A DNA stretch of 64,000 nucleotides, from the NCBI GenBank assembly GCA_965279375.1, contig OZ257156.1, forward strand, positions 1,120,001 through 1,184,000. Direction: 5' to 3'. Positions 39,871 through 50,076 of the stretch are shown piece by piece (the first letter of the stretch is position 1; each line of letters starts with the position of its first letter). Both the position numbers and the translations under genes were made by a program. Source of the stretch: Gemmatimonas sp. Lineage in GTDB: Bacteria > Gemmatimonadota > Gemmatimonadetes > Gemmatimonadales > Gemmatimonadaceae. The notes under the pieces were generated by a model, which was not told where the DNA came from, ran no database searches, and saw only the letters and a list, made by a program, of their open reading frames with translations.

Positions 39871-42213
39871 ATGAACTCAAGACGCTCCGCTCCCATTTGC
39901 GCGCTGGTCGCGCTCGTCGCTTCGGCGCTGCTTGGCGCATGCTCCAAGGGCACCACGGACGCCACGCAGACTCCCGCGGCGATGCGAGCGCAGTCCGGCA
40001 CGCTGCAGTCGGGAACGGTCGGGAGTGTGCTCGCGATTCCGCTCAGCGTCGTCGTCACCGACAACAGCGGCAAGACGATCGCCGGGGCACGCGTGGACTG
40101 GGATGCCGCAGCCGGTTCCGGCACCGTCAATCCGAGCGCGTCCGCCACCGACAGCAAGGGCGTCGCGTCCACCACGTGGACGCTTGGTACCGTGGCCGGT
40201 ACGGCCCGCGTCACCGCACAGATCGGCGGCGTCACGCCTGTCACGTTCAGCGCCACAGCGATCGTAGGTCCGGCGGCGAGTGTCGTTGCCACACCGGAAC
40301 TCGCCTTCCTCGGCGTCGGTGACACGCTGCGCGTTCGCGCCAGCGTGCGCGATCAGTTCGGCAACGATCTCGCGGGACAGGCGGTCTCGTTCAGCACCCC
40401 GGACGCCGCCGTTGCCACGGTCAGCAGCGCCGGACTCGTCACCGCAGTCAGCGTCGGCTCGGCGCGCATCATCGCCGATGCATCGGGCAAGGCGGACACG
40501 GTGCCGGTGACGGTTTCTGCCGCGGGCGCCTCGGCGTGCGGCACGACCGCGATCCGTCAGCTCGCCGTCGGCGAAGTCTTCACCCCCGCCGCTGGCACCT
40601 CGAGCGCGAGCACGTGCCTCGGCGCGCCGTCCAACGTGAATGGCGAGTACGCACTCACGGTGATCTCGGCAGCCACGTCGTTCGGCACGATCACCCCAGT
40701 GGATGTCTACGCCATCGGCAACACGGGGCCCACCACGTCCGCGCTCGTCGCGGGGTTGCTGTCACCGTCGGCGCCAAGCATCGACTTCGAAGCACCAGCG
40801 CAGATGAACGCGCGATCGATGTCACCGGTGCAGGCGGCGGAGTTTGCGCGCCGGGAGATGGAGCGCACGGAACTGTCGCCGTTGGTCTCGAGCGCGCGGA
40901 GCTGGTACGCCGATCGCGCCGCGTCATCCATCCGTTCGGCGCTCGCCGAGGCCAAGGTTGGCGACATCATCAAGCTCAACGCAAACGCCAATCAGGCCTG
41001 CGCGAACGCGGACAATCGCACTGGTCGTGTTGCGGCAGTAGGCACCCGCGCGATCGTCGTGGCGGATACGGCCAATCCGAGCGGCGGCTACACCGACGCG
41101 GAGTACGGCGACATCGTCGCCACATTCGACACGCTGATCTTCCCGATGGACACCACGGCGTTTGGTGCGCCGAGCAACATCAGCACGTACGGCAAGATCA
41201 TCCTGTTCTACACGCGCAACGTGAACGCGCTGACGCCGGCCAACGCCAACTACACCATCGGCGGGTTCTTCTTCGCACGCGATCTGTATCCGAAGGTCGC
41301 CAGGGCCGGGCTACAGGCATGCGCCGAGTCCAACGAGCAGGAGATGTTCTATCTCCTCGCACCCGATCCCAATGGCACCATCAACGGGAACAAGCGCACC
41401 AAGGATGTCGTGAACGTGCTGAACCTGGGCACCATCGCGCATGAGCTGCAGCATCTGATCAACTCATCGCGGCGGTTGTATGTGAACACCGGCGCGACAG
41501 CGAATGAGCAGACGTGGCTGGACGAAGGTCTCGCGCACACCGCCGAGGAGTTGCTGTACTTCCGCATCTCGGGTTTTTCGTCGCGACAGAATCTGACGCT
41601 GTCGGATGTGGCGGGCTCTCCGGCGCGCGCCACCGCATTCAGCAACTATGCGGCGCAGAACTTCTCGCGCTTCTACAGCTTCCTGGTCAATCCGGAAACC
41701 AACTCGCCGTACGCGCCGAACGATTCGCTGTCCACGCGCGGTGCGATCTGGAATTTCCTGCGCTACGCCGCGGGCCGGCAGGGCGCGAATGGTGAGGCGG
41801 CGTTCTACCGCGCCGTCGTGAACTCCAACACGACCGGCGTCGCCAATCTCACCAATGCGATTCCGGGTGGCGCGTTCGCAGAGTATCTGCGCGACTGGAG
41901 CGTGTCGCTCATCGCCGACGACTTCAGCACCGCCACCACGGCTGCACTCGATCCCAGGTACGTACTGTCAGCCTGGAATTTCCGCAGCATCTATCCTGGA
42001 CTGCGAATCGGCAGTGGCACCGCGTTGGGCGTGTATCCGATCAGCAGCCGCTCGCTGCAGAACAACACGCCGCAACGGATTTCGCTGGCGGGAGGTGCGA
42101 GCAGCTACGTGCGCTTCGGGATCGCGAGCGGCCGCAGCGCGTTGCTCACGCTGTCATCGAGCGGCGGAGCGTTGCCGGCGACGTTGCGCTATGCGGTGGT
42201 ACGGCTGCGCTGA
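39871..42213 (+). CDS. Ig-like-domain lipoprotein with zinc metallopeptidase domain
   Basis: Lipobox LGAC, Big-like repeats and HELQH...WLDEGLA gluzincin motif. Confidence 0.8.
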   Translation: MNSRRSAPICALVALVASALLGACSKGTTDATQTPAAMRAQSGTLQSGTVGSVLAIPLSVVVTDNSGKTIAGARVDWDAAAGSGTVNPSASATDSKGVASTTWTLGTVAGTARVTAQIGGVTPVTFSATAIVGPAASVVATPELAFLGVGDTLRVRASVRDQFGNDLAGQAVSFSTPDAAVATVSSAGLVTAVSVGSARIIADASGKADTVPVTVSAAGASACGTTAIRQLAVGEVFTPAAGTSSASTCLGAPSNVNGEYALTVISAATSFGTITPVDVYAIGNTGPTTSALVAGLLSPSAPSIDFEAPAQMNARSMSPVQAAEFARREMERTELSPLVSSARSWYADRAASSIRSALAEAKVGDIIKLNANANQACANADNRTGRVAAVGTRAIVVADTANPSGGYTDAEYGDIVATFDTLIFPMDTTAFGAPSNISTYGKIILFYTRNVNALTPANANYTIGGFFFARDLYPKVARAGLQACAESNEQEMFYLLAPDPNGTINGNKRTKDVVNVLNLGTIAHELQHLINSSRRLYVNTGATANEQTWLDEGLAHTAEELLYFRISGFSSRQNLTLSDVAGSPARATAFSNYAAQNFSRFYSFLVNPETNSPYAPNDSLSTRGAIWNFLRYAAGRQGANGEAAFYRAVVNSNTTGVANLTNAIPGGAFAEYLRDWSVSLIADDFSTATTAALDPRYVLSAWNFRSIYPGLRIGSGTALGVYPISSRSLQNNTPQRISLAGGASSYVRFGIASGRSALLTLSSSGGALPATLRYAVVRLR

Positions 42214-42249
42214 CGCGGCAACTGACGGTTAGACGGTATCTGCTTTCCG

Positions 42250-43104
42250 TCAGCTGCGCTTCTTGAGGCGGATTTCGTACAGCTTGGGCCACCGCTTGCC
42301 GGTGACGAAGTAGCGATCGGCGGCGGGATCGTACGCGATGCCGTTGAGAACGTCCTCGTTACCCGTGCGGTCCAGCTTGGGGAGAAGCCCTGAGAGGTCG
42401 ATCCATCCCGTCACATCGCCGGTGGCGGGATCGATGCGGGCGATCTGGTCCGACTGATACACGTTCGCCCAGATCTCGCCCTTCACCCACTCGAGCTCAT
42501 TGAGCTGCGGGACCGGCGTGCCGTGATCGTTCACCGTGATGGTCCTGGTGACGGCGAATGTCTTCGGGTCGCGGTAGCGAATGGCGGCAGTGCCATCGCT
42601 CATGATGATCGACGTGCCATCGGTGGTGAGCCCCCACCCTTCGCCGTCGTACTTGAACTCGCCCTTCTTGGTGAACGTCGCCGCGTCGTATACGAAGGCC
42701 ACGCCCGACGTCCAGGTGATCTCGTAGAGGTCCTTGCCCATGATGACGATCCCTTCGCCGAAGTACGGCTCGGGGACGTCATGCTTGCGCAGCACGCGAC
42801 CGGTCTTGTAGTCGACTTCGCGCAGGCTCGACTTCCCCACGAGTCCGGTGCTCTCGAAGAGCTGGCCGTGATCCCACAGCAGTCCCTGCGTGTATGCGTC
42901 GGTGTCGTGCGGCCACGACTGCAGCACGTAGGCCACGTAGGTGGGCGTGCGCGCAGGCGCGTCGCCGGCGGCGGCGCTGTCAGCCGCGGGGGCTTCCTTG
43001 GTGCAGGCGCCAAACGCGCCCGCGGTGGCAACGAAGCCGACGGAGCCGAGGAGAATCGCGACCGTGGTGGCGCGAGAACGACGAAGTGACGACAGGAAGG
43101 CCAT
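42250..43104 (-). CDS. Glutaminyl-peptide cyclotransferase (bacterial/plant type)
   Basis: YTQGL, FESTG, FGEG, GEGWGLT, LNELE and VLNGIA motifs. Confidence 0.92.
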   Translation of the reverse strand: MAFLSSLRRSRATTVAILLGSVGFVATAGAFGACTKEAPAADSAAAGDAPARTPTYVAYVLQSWPHDTDAYTQGLLWDHGQLFESTGLVGKSSLREVDYKTGRVLRKHDVPEPYFGEGIVIMGKDLYEITWTSGVAFVYDAATFTKKGEFKYDGEGWGLTTDGTSIIMSDGTAAIRYRDPKTFAVTRTITVNDHGTPVPQLNELEWVKGEIWANVYQSDQIARIDPATGDVTGWIDLSGLLPKLDRTGNEDVLNGIAYDPAADRYFVTGKRWPKLYEIRLKKRS

Positions 43105-43142
43105 GGTGCGCTCGGGCGGAGAATCGGGGCGGATACGGGAAG

Positions 43143-43709
43143 CTACCCCGGAACGGCGCGCGCGGGCAGCGTGGACCGGATCGCAGGCTCGGCCGCCAGC
43201 TCAGCGGCACTGTCCACCAGAAACCGCTCCACCTCTGCGGACGATCGCAGTCGCACCACACGCTGCCCTCGCTCGAGGTTGGACAGCAGCGCCAACACGC
43301 TCGGCCGGCGGTCGATCGGATAGCGCCAGATCCACCAGAGGAACGCGAAACTGAATCGCTCGGGACAGCCCGGTGTCATGTCCGGTCGCGAGCGCCCGCG
43401 GAACCGCGCGTAGCGACGCAGCACGCGCGCGAGACACACCCATCGCGACAGGTCGAGGAACACAACCGTATCGCAGGCCGCCAACCGCTGGGACATCGTG
43501 CCGCCGTAGTTGCCATCCATCACCCAGCGCGGTTCCGCCACGAGCTGCTCGACGGTCGTCGCCCATTCTGCCTTGGGCGTCTCCTCCCAACCGGGCTTCC
43601 AGTAGCACGCGTCGAGGTGCACCAGCGGCAGCCCTGTCAGCTCGGCCAGCTGAGCGGCCGTCGTGGATTTGCCAGCACCGCCGGAGCCGATGACGAGCAC
43701 GCGCTGCAT
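43143..43709 (-). CDS. FlaR-like DNA topology modulation protein / adenylate-kinase-like P-loop protein
   Basis: GSGGAGKST, HLD..YW.PGW, WVMDGNY and R.DMTPGCPE motifs. Confidence 0.85.
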   Translation of the reverse strand: MQRVLVIGSGGAGKSTTAAQLAELTGLPLVHLDACYWKPGWEETPKAEWATTVEQLVAEPRWVMDGNYGGTMSQRLAACDTVVFLDLSRWVCLARVLRRYARFRGRSRPDMTPGCPERFSFAFLWWIWRYPIDRRPSVLALLSNLERGQRVVRLRSSAEVERFLVDSAAELAAEPAIRSTLPARAVPG

Positions 43710-43741
43710 CGGCGCCATGTGGTCAGTCACCCGCGCATCCG

Positions 43742-44329
43742 TTACGCCTTCGCGCCCTGCACCCACGCACGCAGTTCGGCGAACAGCGCGATCAAATCAC
43801 CCAGTTGGTGATTGGCATTGAGCCCACTCGGACTCGGCAGCACCCACAGCGCGCTCGACGCGATGCGCTCGGGCTGCAAGCCCAACGCCGCCTTCGGTCG
43901 AGCGAACGCCGTGCGATACGCCCCGATGCCGAGGAACGCCACCACGCGCGGCGCATGCTGCGTCACCACCCGCGTGAGCCGCTCGCCGCCACGCACGAAC
44001 TCTTCGGCGGAGACCTCTGCCGCCGTCGCCGACGTGCGCTCCACCATGTTGGTAATGCCGATGCCGATCGAGAGCAGCTCGTGCTCTTCCCACGGCGAGA
44101 ACAGTCGAGGCGTGAGGCCCGCTCCGTGCAACGCCGGCCAGAAGCGATTGCCAGGACGGCCGAAATGATGACCGATGGCGGCGGTGTAGAGCCCGGGGTT
44201 GATGCCGCAGAACAACACGTCCAACCCATCGGCGATGAGATCGGGCACGGTCAGGTTGACCGCCGCCGCCAGCTCGGCTTTGGTGGGCTTGAAGGGTCCG
44301 TCGCGACGCGCGGGCACCGTTGGCGTCAT
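43742..44329 (-). CDS. mug: G/U mismatch-specific uracil-DNA glycosylase
   Basis: FCGINPG, GNRFW and LPSPSGLNA motifs. Confidence 0.93.
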   Translation of the reverse strand: MTPTVPARRDGPFKPTKAELAAAVNLTVPDLIADGLDVLFCGINPGLYTAAIGHHFGRPGNRFWPALHGAGLTPRLFSPWEEHELLSIGIGITNMVERTSATAAEVSAEEFVRGGERLTRVVTQHAPRVVAFLGIGAYRTAFARPKAALGLQPERIASSALWVLPSPSGLNANHQLGDLIALFAELRAWVQGAKA

Positions 44330-47049
44330 GAGGAGAGCGTCTTCTTGAGCGCCGCGAGCGCGGTCAACGCCTGCATCGGCGTCATCTCGTCCGGCTCGAG
44401 CGCGGACACCGCGTCGGCCAGCTGCGCATGCGCCGGATCCACCGGTGCGGCTGCGGGCGCCTCGCCAAAGAAGCCCAACTGCGCCACCGGCCCCGTGGGA
44501 GAGAGCTTCATGCGCGGTCCTTTGCGCGTCGCACTCTTGGGCGCCACAAAGCCTTCCGCGGTTAAACGCGCCGCCATCTGCGCGCCCTCGCCTTCCAACA
44601 GCGCCAGCACTTCTTTCGCACGCGCAATCACTGGCGCGGGCAAGCCGGCCAAGCGCCCAACTTCGATGCCGTACGACCGATCCGCACCACCCGGAATCAG
44701 CGTGTGCAGAAACAGCACCTGATCGCCCACTTCACGCACCGCCACGGTGAAGTTCCGCACGCCGGGCAGCTCGTTCGCCAGCTGCGTGAGCTCATGATAG
44801 TGCGTCGCAAACACCGTCTTGCACCCAATCGCATCGTGCAGATGTTCGCTCACGCTCCACGCAATCGATACACCGTCGTATGTGCTCGTGCCGCGCCCGA
44901 TTTCATCGAGTAACACGAGCGAGCGCTTGGTCGCCGTGTGCAGAATCGCACTCGTCTCGCTCATCTCCACCATGAACGTCGACTGGCCGCGCACGAGATT
45001 GTCGCTCGCGCCCACACGCGTGAACAAGCGATCGGCGATGGGCAGCTTGGCGCGACGCGCCGGCACGTACGAACCCACCTGCGCGATCAACTGAATGAGC
45101 CCGATCTGCCGCAGAATGGTGCTCTTGCCGGCCATGTTGGGACCGGTCAGCACGATGAGCTGCGCATCCGACGTCAGCAGCAAGTCGTTGGGGATGAACT
45201 TCTCGCGCGCCATCATCCGCTCCACCACGGGATGCCGCCCGCCCACGATCTCCATATCGAAGCCGTCGTGCAGCTCCGGACGCGCGTACTGCTCGCGCTC
45301 CGCGACTTCCGCAAACGCGCCCAGCACGTCGATGGTGGCCACGCGCCGCGCCACCGCCTGCCACCGCGCAATCGCCACGCCTGCTTCGCGCCGCAGCGCT
45401 TCAAACAGCTCGCGTTCGCGAATCTCGATGCGCTCCCCCGCCGTCAGCACCTTCTCCTCGTACGACTTGAGCGCCGGCGTCACATAACGCTCGGCACCCG
45501 TGAGCGTTTGCCGACGCTGATAGTCGTCGGGCACGAGATGCTTGTTCGCGTTGGAGATTTCGAGATAGTACCCGAACACGCGATTGAAGCCGACCTTGAG
45601 CGACGTGATACCGGTGCGCGCGCGCTCTTCGTTCTGGATGTGCGCAATCGCATCCTTGCCACCATCACGCAGCGCACGCATCTCGTCGAGCTCTGCATCC
45701 ACGCCGGGCGCGATGGTGTCTTCTTCGCCAATCGCCAGCGGCGGACGCTCCACCAGCATGCGCGTGAGGCGTTCGGCGCAATCGGTGCCGTCGTCCCAAT
45801 CGTCCAGCAGCGCGCCAAGCAATCCGCCAATCGCGTTGCCCTGCGCGGCATGCTCCAGCACCGCACGCGCCGTCTGCGCCACACGCGGTAGCCGCGCCAG
45901 TGAATCACCCAGCGCGCGCAACTCACGCGGCGTCGCACGCGAAGCGGCTGCCTTGCTGGCCAAGCGCTCCACATCGCGCACGCCATCCAGCGCTTCGCGC
46001 AGCGCCGAACGCCCCACGGCATCGCGCACCAGCACCGTCACCGCATTCAGTCGACGCTCGATGGCTTCCCGCTCGAGCAACGGCGCCAACAACCACTGAC
46101 GCAGCAGTCGCTGTCCCATCGGCGTGACGGTGCGATCGAACACCGACAACAGTGTTCCCGCGATCTCGCCACCGCGCAGCGATTCCACCAACTCGAGATT
46201 GCGACGCGTCATCTCATCGAGCGGCATCACGCCGCCCGGGCGTTCCACGATTGGACGCGCGAGATGCGGAAGGCCACCGGGCTGCAACTCGCGCAGATAG
46301 CGGAGCAGTGCACCTGCTGCTCCAGTCGCGGCGCCGTCGCTCTGTCCGAGTCCAAATCCATCCAGGCCGCGCACATCGAACTGACGGGCGAGATCGTCGG
46401 CCGCGAGCTGTGCATCGAACTCCCAGCCGTCGCGCTCGGTCACCATCGCGCCGTCTACCGCTTGAGTCACCATCGCCATCGTCGCTTCATCGGCGCCACG
46501 CACGAGCAGCAGCTCGCGCGGCGCCAAACGCGCCAACAGCGCCGGCGCATCCATCGCCGACACGAGCGCGAGACGCAATTCACCCGTGGATAGATCCGCT
46601 GCCGCAATGCCGATCTGCGTGCGATCGCCGTCACGCGCGGTGTCACGTCCAGTCGCGACGGCACACACGTAGTTGGCACGCGCGCCGTCGAGCATGTCGT
46701 CCGCAAACACGGCGCCCGGCGTGATCGTCTCCACCACTTCGCGCCGCACGATCCCCTTGGCCAGCTTGGGATCTTCCACCTGCTCGCACACAGCCACACG
46801 ATGACCGTGTCCCACGAGACGGCGCAGATACTCCGCCGCCGCCTTCACGGGAATGCCTGCCAGCGGCACCTCGCTCGCGCCGCCGTTGTTGCGCGAGGTG
46901 AGCGTCAAGCCGAGCACACGCGATGCGGTTTCCGCATCGTCGTAGAACATCTCGTAGAAGTCACCCATGCGGAAAAACAGGATCGCATCCTGATGACGCG
47001 CCTTGATCTCCCGGTACTGCTGCATCAACGGTGTCGCAGTTCCACTCAC
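44326..47049 (-). CDS. mutS: DNA mismatch repair protein MutS
   Basis: TPLMQQY, FRMGDFYEMF, TGPNMAGKST, STFMVEM and DEIGRGTST motifs. Confidence 0.98.
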   Translation of the reverse strand: MSGTATPLMQQYREIKARHQDAILFFRMGDFYEMFYDDAETASRVLGLTLTSRNNGGASEVPLAGIPVKAAAEYLRRLVGHGHRVAVCEQVEDPKLAKGIVRREVVETITPGAVFADDMLDGARANYVCAVATGRDTARDGDRTQIGIAAADLSTGELRLALVSAMDAPALLARLAPRELLLVRGADEATMAMVTQAVDGAMVTERDGWEFDAQLAADDLARQFDVRGLDGFGLGQSDGAATGAAGALLRYLRELQPGGLPHLARPIVERPGGVMPLDEMTRRNLELVESLRGGEIAGTLLSVFDRTVTPMGQRLLRQWLLAPLLEREAIERRLNAVTVLVRDAVGRSALREALDGVRDVERLASKAAASRATPRELRALGDSLARLPRVAQTARAVLEHAAQGNAIGGLLGALLDDWDDGTDCAERLTRMLVERPPLAIGEEDTIAPGVDAELDEMRALRDGGKDAIAHIQNEERARTGITSLKVGFNRVFGYYLEISNANKHLVPDDYQRRQTLTGAERYVTPALKSYEEKVLTAGERIEIRERELFEALRREAGVAIARWQAVARRVATIDVLGAFAEVAEREQYARPELHDGFDMEIVGGRHPVVERMMAREKFIPNDLLLTSDAQLIVLTGPNMAGKSTILRQIGLIQLIAQVGSYVPARRAKLPIADRLFTRVGASDNLVRGQSTFMVEMSETSAILHTATKRSLVLLDEIGRGTSTYDGVSIAWSVSEHLHDAIGCKTVFATHYHELTQLANELPGVRNFTVAVREVGDQVLFLHTLIPGGADRSYGIEVGRLAGLPAPVIARAKEVLALLEGEGAQMAARLTAEGFVAPKSATRKGPRMKLSPTGPVAQLGFFGEAPAAAPVDPAHAQLADAVSALEPDEMTPMQALTALAALKKTLSS

Positions 47050-48110
47050 GGCGTCAGTACCACCACAAACCCCTTTTGCCCCTGTTTCTGCAATCGCGCC
47101 AACGCTGCCGTCGCTTCCGCGCGCGTTTCGTAGTAGCCCACGCGCACCCGATAGGGCGCCGCGTCACTGTCGTTGTGCGCATCGAGTCCGCGTGCCTGCA
47201 ACCGCTTCACCGTGGACTCGGCCTGTTCCTGCGTATCGAATGCCGCAATCTGCACACTGAAGCGCCCAGTGCCGGATCCCGCGGCAGAGCGTGCCGACGT
47301 CGACTCCGGCGCGGGTGCACGCTCCGAGCCCGTTCGCTCGACTGGCGCGATCGGTGTCGGTGGCTGTGGCTTCGACGGCGCGACTTCGGCTGTCTTGGGT
47401 GCGGCCGCGGCGCGCCCTCCCACGGCAGTCTCGCGTGCGCACCGCGCCTGCAGCTCCTCAGCCTGCAACTGCAGCTCACCGGCGGGCAGTGTGGCCGCCT
47501 GCATGCCCGACAGCGCGCGGCACGCACGCGTGAGGTCGCGCTCGTCGAAGTAGCTGCGCACAATCCACAGCGTAGCCTTGGGACGTTCGCTCACGCCGCT
47601 ATAGTCACGCAGCAGACGCTCCAGGTACGTGCGTGCACCGGCCGGATGCCCGCGCACCATCTCCAACTCACCCAAACGCAGCAGTGCCGTCGGCACACGC
47701 GGTGACAGCGGAACGTCCACAATGATGCGCTTCCAATCGCGCTCTGCATCCGCCGCACGCTCGCCAAGCACCGCGCGCCAATAGAGCCCATCTGCGAGAT
47801 CACCCGGCTCATTGGCCGAGGCAATCACCAACGAGTCGAGGAGCGCACGAGAGGCAGCGCCTTTGCCGGCGTCCACCAGCGCACGCGCGCGCGCAATCAC
47901 CGCTCGTGCCTCCGCATTGGCCGTCGGCCCGTTGATGCGCGCACTGTCGGTGCCTGATGCGGACTGCGCCCGTGCGCCTGTCGGCGACAGGAAAGCCAAC
48001 ACACTCCCGAGTACAGCCGCGACCAGTGCGCGTCCGCGGCGCGTCATGCCAATCTGGTTAACGTGCAGTTGCATTCGTCGCATCACGAGAGGCATCGGTG
48101 GCGTCATCAC
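47046..48110 (-). CDS. TPR plus SPOR-domain protein
   Basis: TPR-like helices and a C-terminal SPOR (FSVQIAAF..YRVRVG). GTGA overlaps with holA and mutS. Start is uncertain. Confidence 0.85.
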   Translation of the reverse strand: MMTPPMPLVMRRMQLHVNQIGMTRRGRALVAAVLGSVLAFLSPTGARAQSASGTDSARINGPTANAEARAVIARARALVDAGKGAASRALLDSLVIASANEPGDLADGLYWRAVLGERAADAERDWKRIIVDVPLSPRVPTALLRLGELEMVRGHPAGARTYLERLLRDYSGVSERPKATLWIVRSYFDERDLTRACRALSGMQAATLPAGELQLQAEELQARCARETAVGGRAAAAPKTAEVAPSKPQPPTPIAPVERTGSERAPAPESTSARSAAGSGTGRFSVQIAAFDTQEQAESTVKRLQARGLDAHNDSDAAPYRVRVGYYETRAEATAALARLQKQGQKGFVVVLTP

Positions 48111-49219
48111 GCGGCCTTGCGCCCGCGTCCGCCGAGCGCGCACAACGCCAGCACCAGCGACATCACCACCTGTTCGGCAGTCGACACGGTCGTTTCCTTG
48201 AGCGCGATATCCGCCTCCAGCAGCAGCTCGAGCGCGCGATCGCACGCCGCCGCGCTCCATCGATCGGTGACCTTGGTCCACGCCGACGCCGCTTCGCCCC
48301 ACGGCCGCCCCGGGTAACCACCCGTTTCCTTCAAGAAGGCAAAGAACTCGCTCGGCAGGCGGCTCGTGGGAATCCCCGCATCTCGACGCGCGCGACCGAA
48401 CGCCAGCGCAAACGCCTGCGTGCTGAGCATCATCACCACCTGCACGCCCGTCACCTTGGGTTGACCGAGCACGTGGCCCACGAGCGCGACCGCGCGCGCC
48501 GCGTCCTGCGCCGCAACGGCGTCGAGGAGGTCAGTCACCGTCTCGCCACGACGCACACCGACCACCGCAGCAACGGCGTCCGCATCGATCACCGCCGCAG
48601 CACCACTCTCGGCGTCGTGCGCACCCAGCACGTAGCTGGCGCACTTGTCCAACTCCGCAGCGAGCAGCAGCAGATCGTTTCCCACCGATTGCTGCAACAG
48701 CGCCGCGGCATCATCGGCCACGCCAATCGACAGCACTGTGCTCGCGTGATGCGCGATCCACTTGCGGACGCGCTCGGGCGACAACGGCTCGAAATCGAGC
48801 ACGATGGATTGCGACGAAAGCGCGGCGTCGATCTTGGTGCCCGCGGGACTCACCAGCAGCAGCAGCGTGTCGCTGGCCGGACGTTTGAGATAGGCGTCGA
48901 GCTGCTGACGCGCTCCCTTCTTGAGCGCTGTCACATCGCGCAGCACCATCGCCCGTCGTTCGGCAAGCATTGGTGGTGTGGCCAGCAGGCTGCCGAGCGT
49001 TTCCGCATCGAGATCGCTCGCACGGCGCACTTCACAGTTGAAGTCGCGCGTGGACGGATCGATCGCCGCTTCGAGCAGATCGTGCAGCGCGCCATCCTTC
49101 AGGAAATCATCGTCGCCGCAGAGGTAGTACACCGGCGCGAACGAGCGCGATTGCACGGCAGCCTGCACCACGCGCAGTGGCGACGCTTCTCGGGGCACGG
49201 CGGCAGGACGGGGAGGCAT
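48107..49219 (-). CDS. holA: DNA polymerase III subunit delta
   Basis: PVYYLCGDDDFL, TPPMLAERR, AELDK and LLEADIALK motifs. Confidence 0.9.
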   Translation of the reverse strand: MPPRPAAVPREASPLRVVQAAVQSRSFAPVYYLCGDDDFLKDGALHDLLEAAIDPSTRDFNCEVRRASDLDAETLGSLLATPPMLAERRAMVLRDVTALKKGARQQLDAYLKRPASDTLLLLVSPAGTKIDAALSSQSIVLDFEPLSPERVRKWIAHHASTVLSIGVADDAAALLQQSVGNDLLLLAAELDKCASYVLGAHDAESGAAAVIDADAVAAVVGVRRGETVTDLLDAVAAQDAARAVALVGHVLGQPKVTGVQVVMMLSTQAFALAFGRARRDAGIPTSRLPSEFFAFLKETGGYPGRPWGEAASAWTKVTDRWSAAACDRALELLLEADIALKETTVSTAEQVVMSLVLALCALGGRGRKAA

Positions 49220-49313
49220 GGCGATAAGATAACCGCTCCCCGCGAACGGCTATGAGTGCACTGCGACGAGCGCACTGCGACGAGCGCGGGACTACTGCTC
49301 GACCGCCAACGGC

Positions 49314-49904
49314 TTAGCGGCTATCCGTGACGAGATGCAGGTCGCTGCTGCCAAACTGCGACGGTACCTCGTCGATGATCATTGCCGCTGGCCACACAGG
49401 ATTGCCGGTGGACATCGCACCGATCAGCGCGGGCGAGTAGTACGGCGCGGGCGAAACGGGCGTCACGACTGACGGCTGCGACGCAATCACGGGCTGGATG
49501 GAGAGTTCAGGTGCAGCCGTGGCGGTGAACCCGCGCCAGAGCATCGTGCCGATCACGGCGCCGGCTGCGACCGCAGCGAGGGCTCGCGGAGACTTGAGCA
49601 GCGGGGCGGCGCTGTGAACGCGATCGGTGCCAGCCGATATGCCCCGTGCTCCTGCCACATGCCGTTCTGCAGCGACCTGTTCGCGACAGGTTGCCAATCG
49701 CTGTCGCAGTCGTGCCTGAAATTCTTCCGAGGGAGCGATGGTCGGCATACTCCGCGCAATCATCAGCGAGCGCCGAACCAGTGTGTCATGCGCCGCGCAT
49801 CCATCACAGGACATGATGTGCTGCTGGGCAGCGCGGGTCAGGTCACCCGACAGCGTATCGTCGAGGTAGGCCAGGTGATGTTTGCGGAACGCTCTGCAGT
49901 CCAT
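49314..49904 (-). CDS. Zinc-finger (zf-HC2) anti-sigma factor
   Basis: MDC..F...AYLD..L......QHIMSCDGC (HxxxCxxC) and one TM helix. Lies downstream of an ECF sigma gene. Confidence 0.88.
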   Translation of the reverse strand: MDCRAFRKHHLAYLDDTLSGDLTRAAQQHIMSCDGCAAHDTLVRRSLMIARSMPTIAPSEEFQARLRQRLATCREQVAAERHVAGARGISAGTDRVHSAAPLLKSPRALAAVAAGAVIGTMLWRGFTATAAPELSIQPVIASQPSVVTPVSPAPYYSPALIGAMSTGNPVWPAAMIIDEVPSQFGSSDLHLVTDSR

Positions 49905-50076
49905 CGGTACAGGGTCGGGGAGGCTCGTCCGTCACAGCGATGTATCCGAAGCTGGACAAACATACCCGCCCGTACGCAACCGGTTCCGGCAGCGTTCGGC
50001 TGGGCCGACGCTGCCGGAAAATGGGCCGCCGACCCGGGGAAACCCGGGCCGGCGCGCCTCGAACTGTGTGGACTCC

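Noticed and set aside
34893..40322. 1809-aa plus-strand ORF
   Set aside because: It is an antisense shadow of the BNR-repeat and CBS genes. It is Arg/Ala-rich with no motifs, as expected from high-GC codon bias.
44326..47049. mutS without adjacent mutL
   Set aside because: Unlinked mutS and mutL are common, and absence cannot be judged from one window.
49258..49287. 14-bp tandem repeat GCACTGCGACGAGC x2 upstream of holA
   Set aside because: Only two copies with no supporting context.
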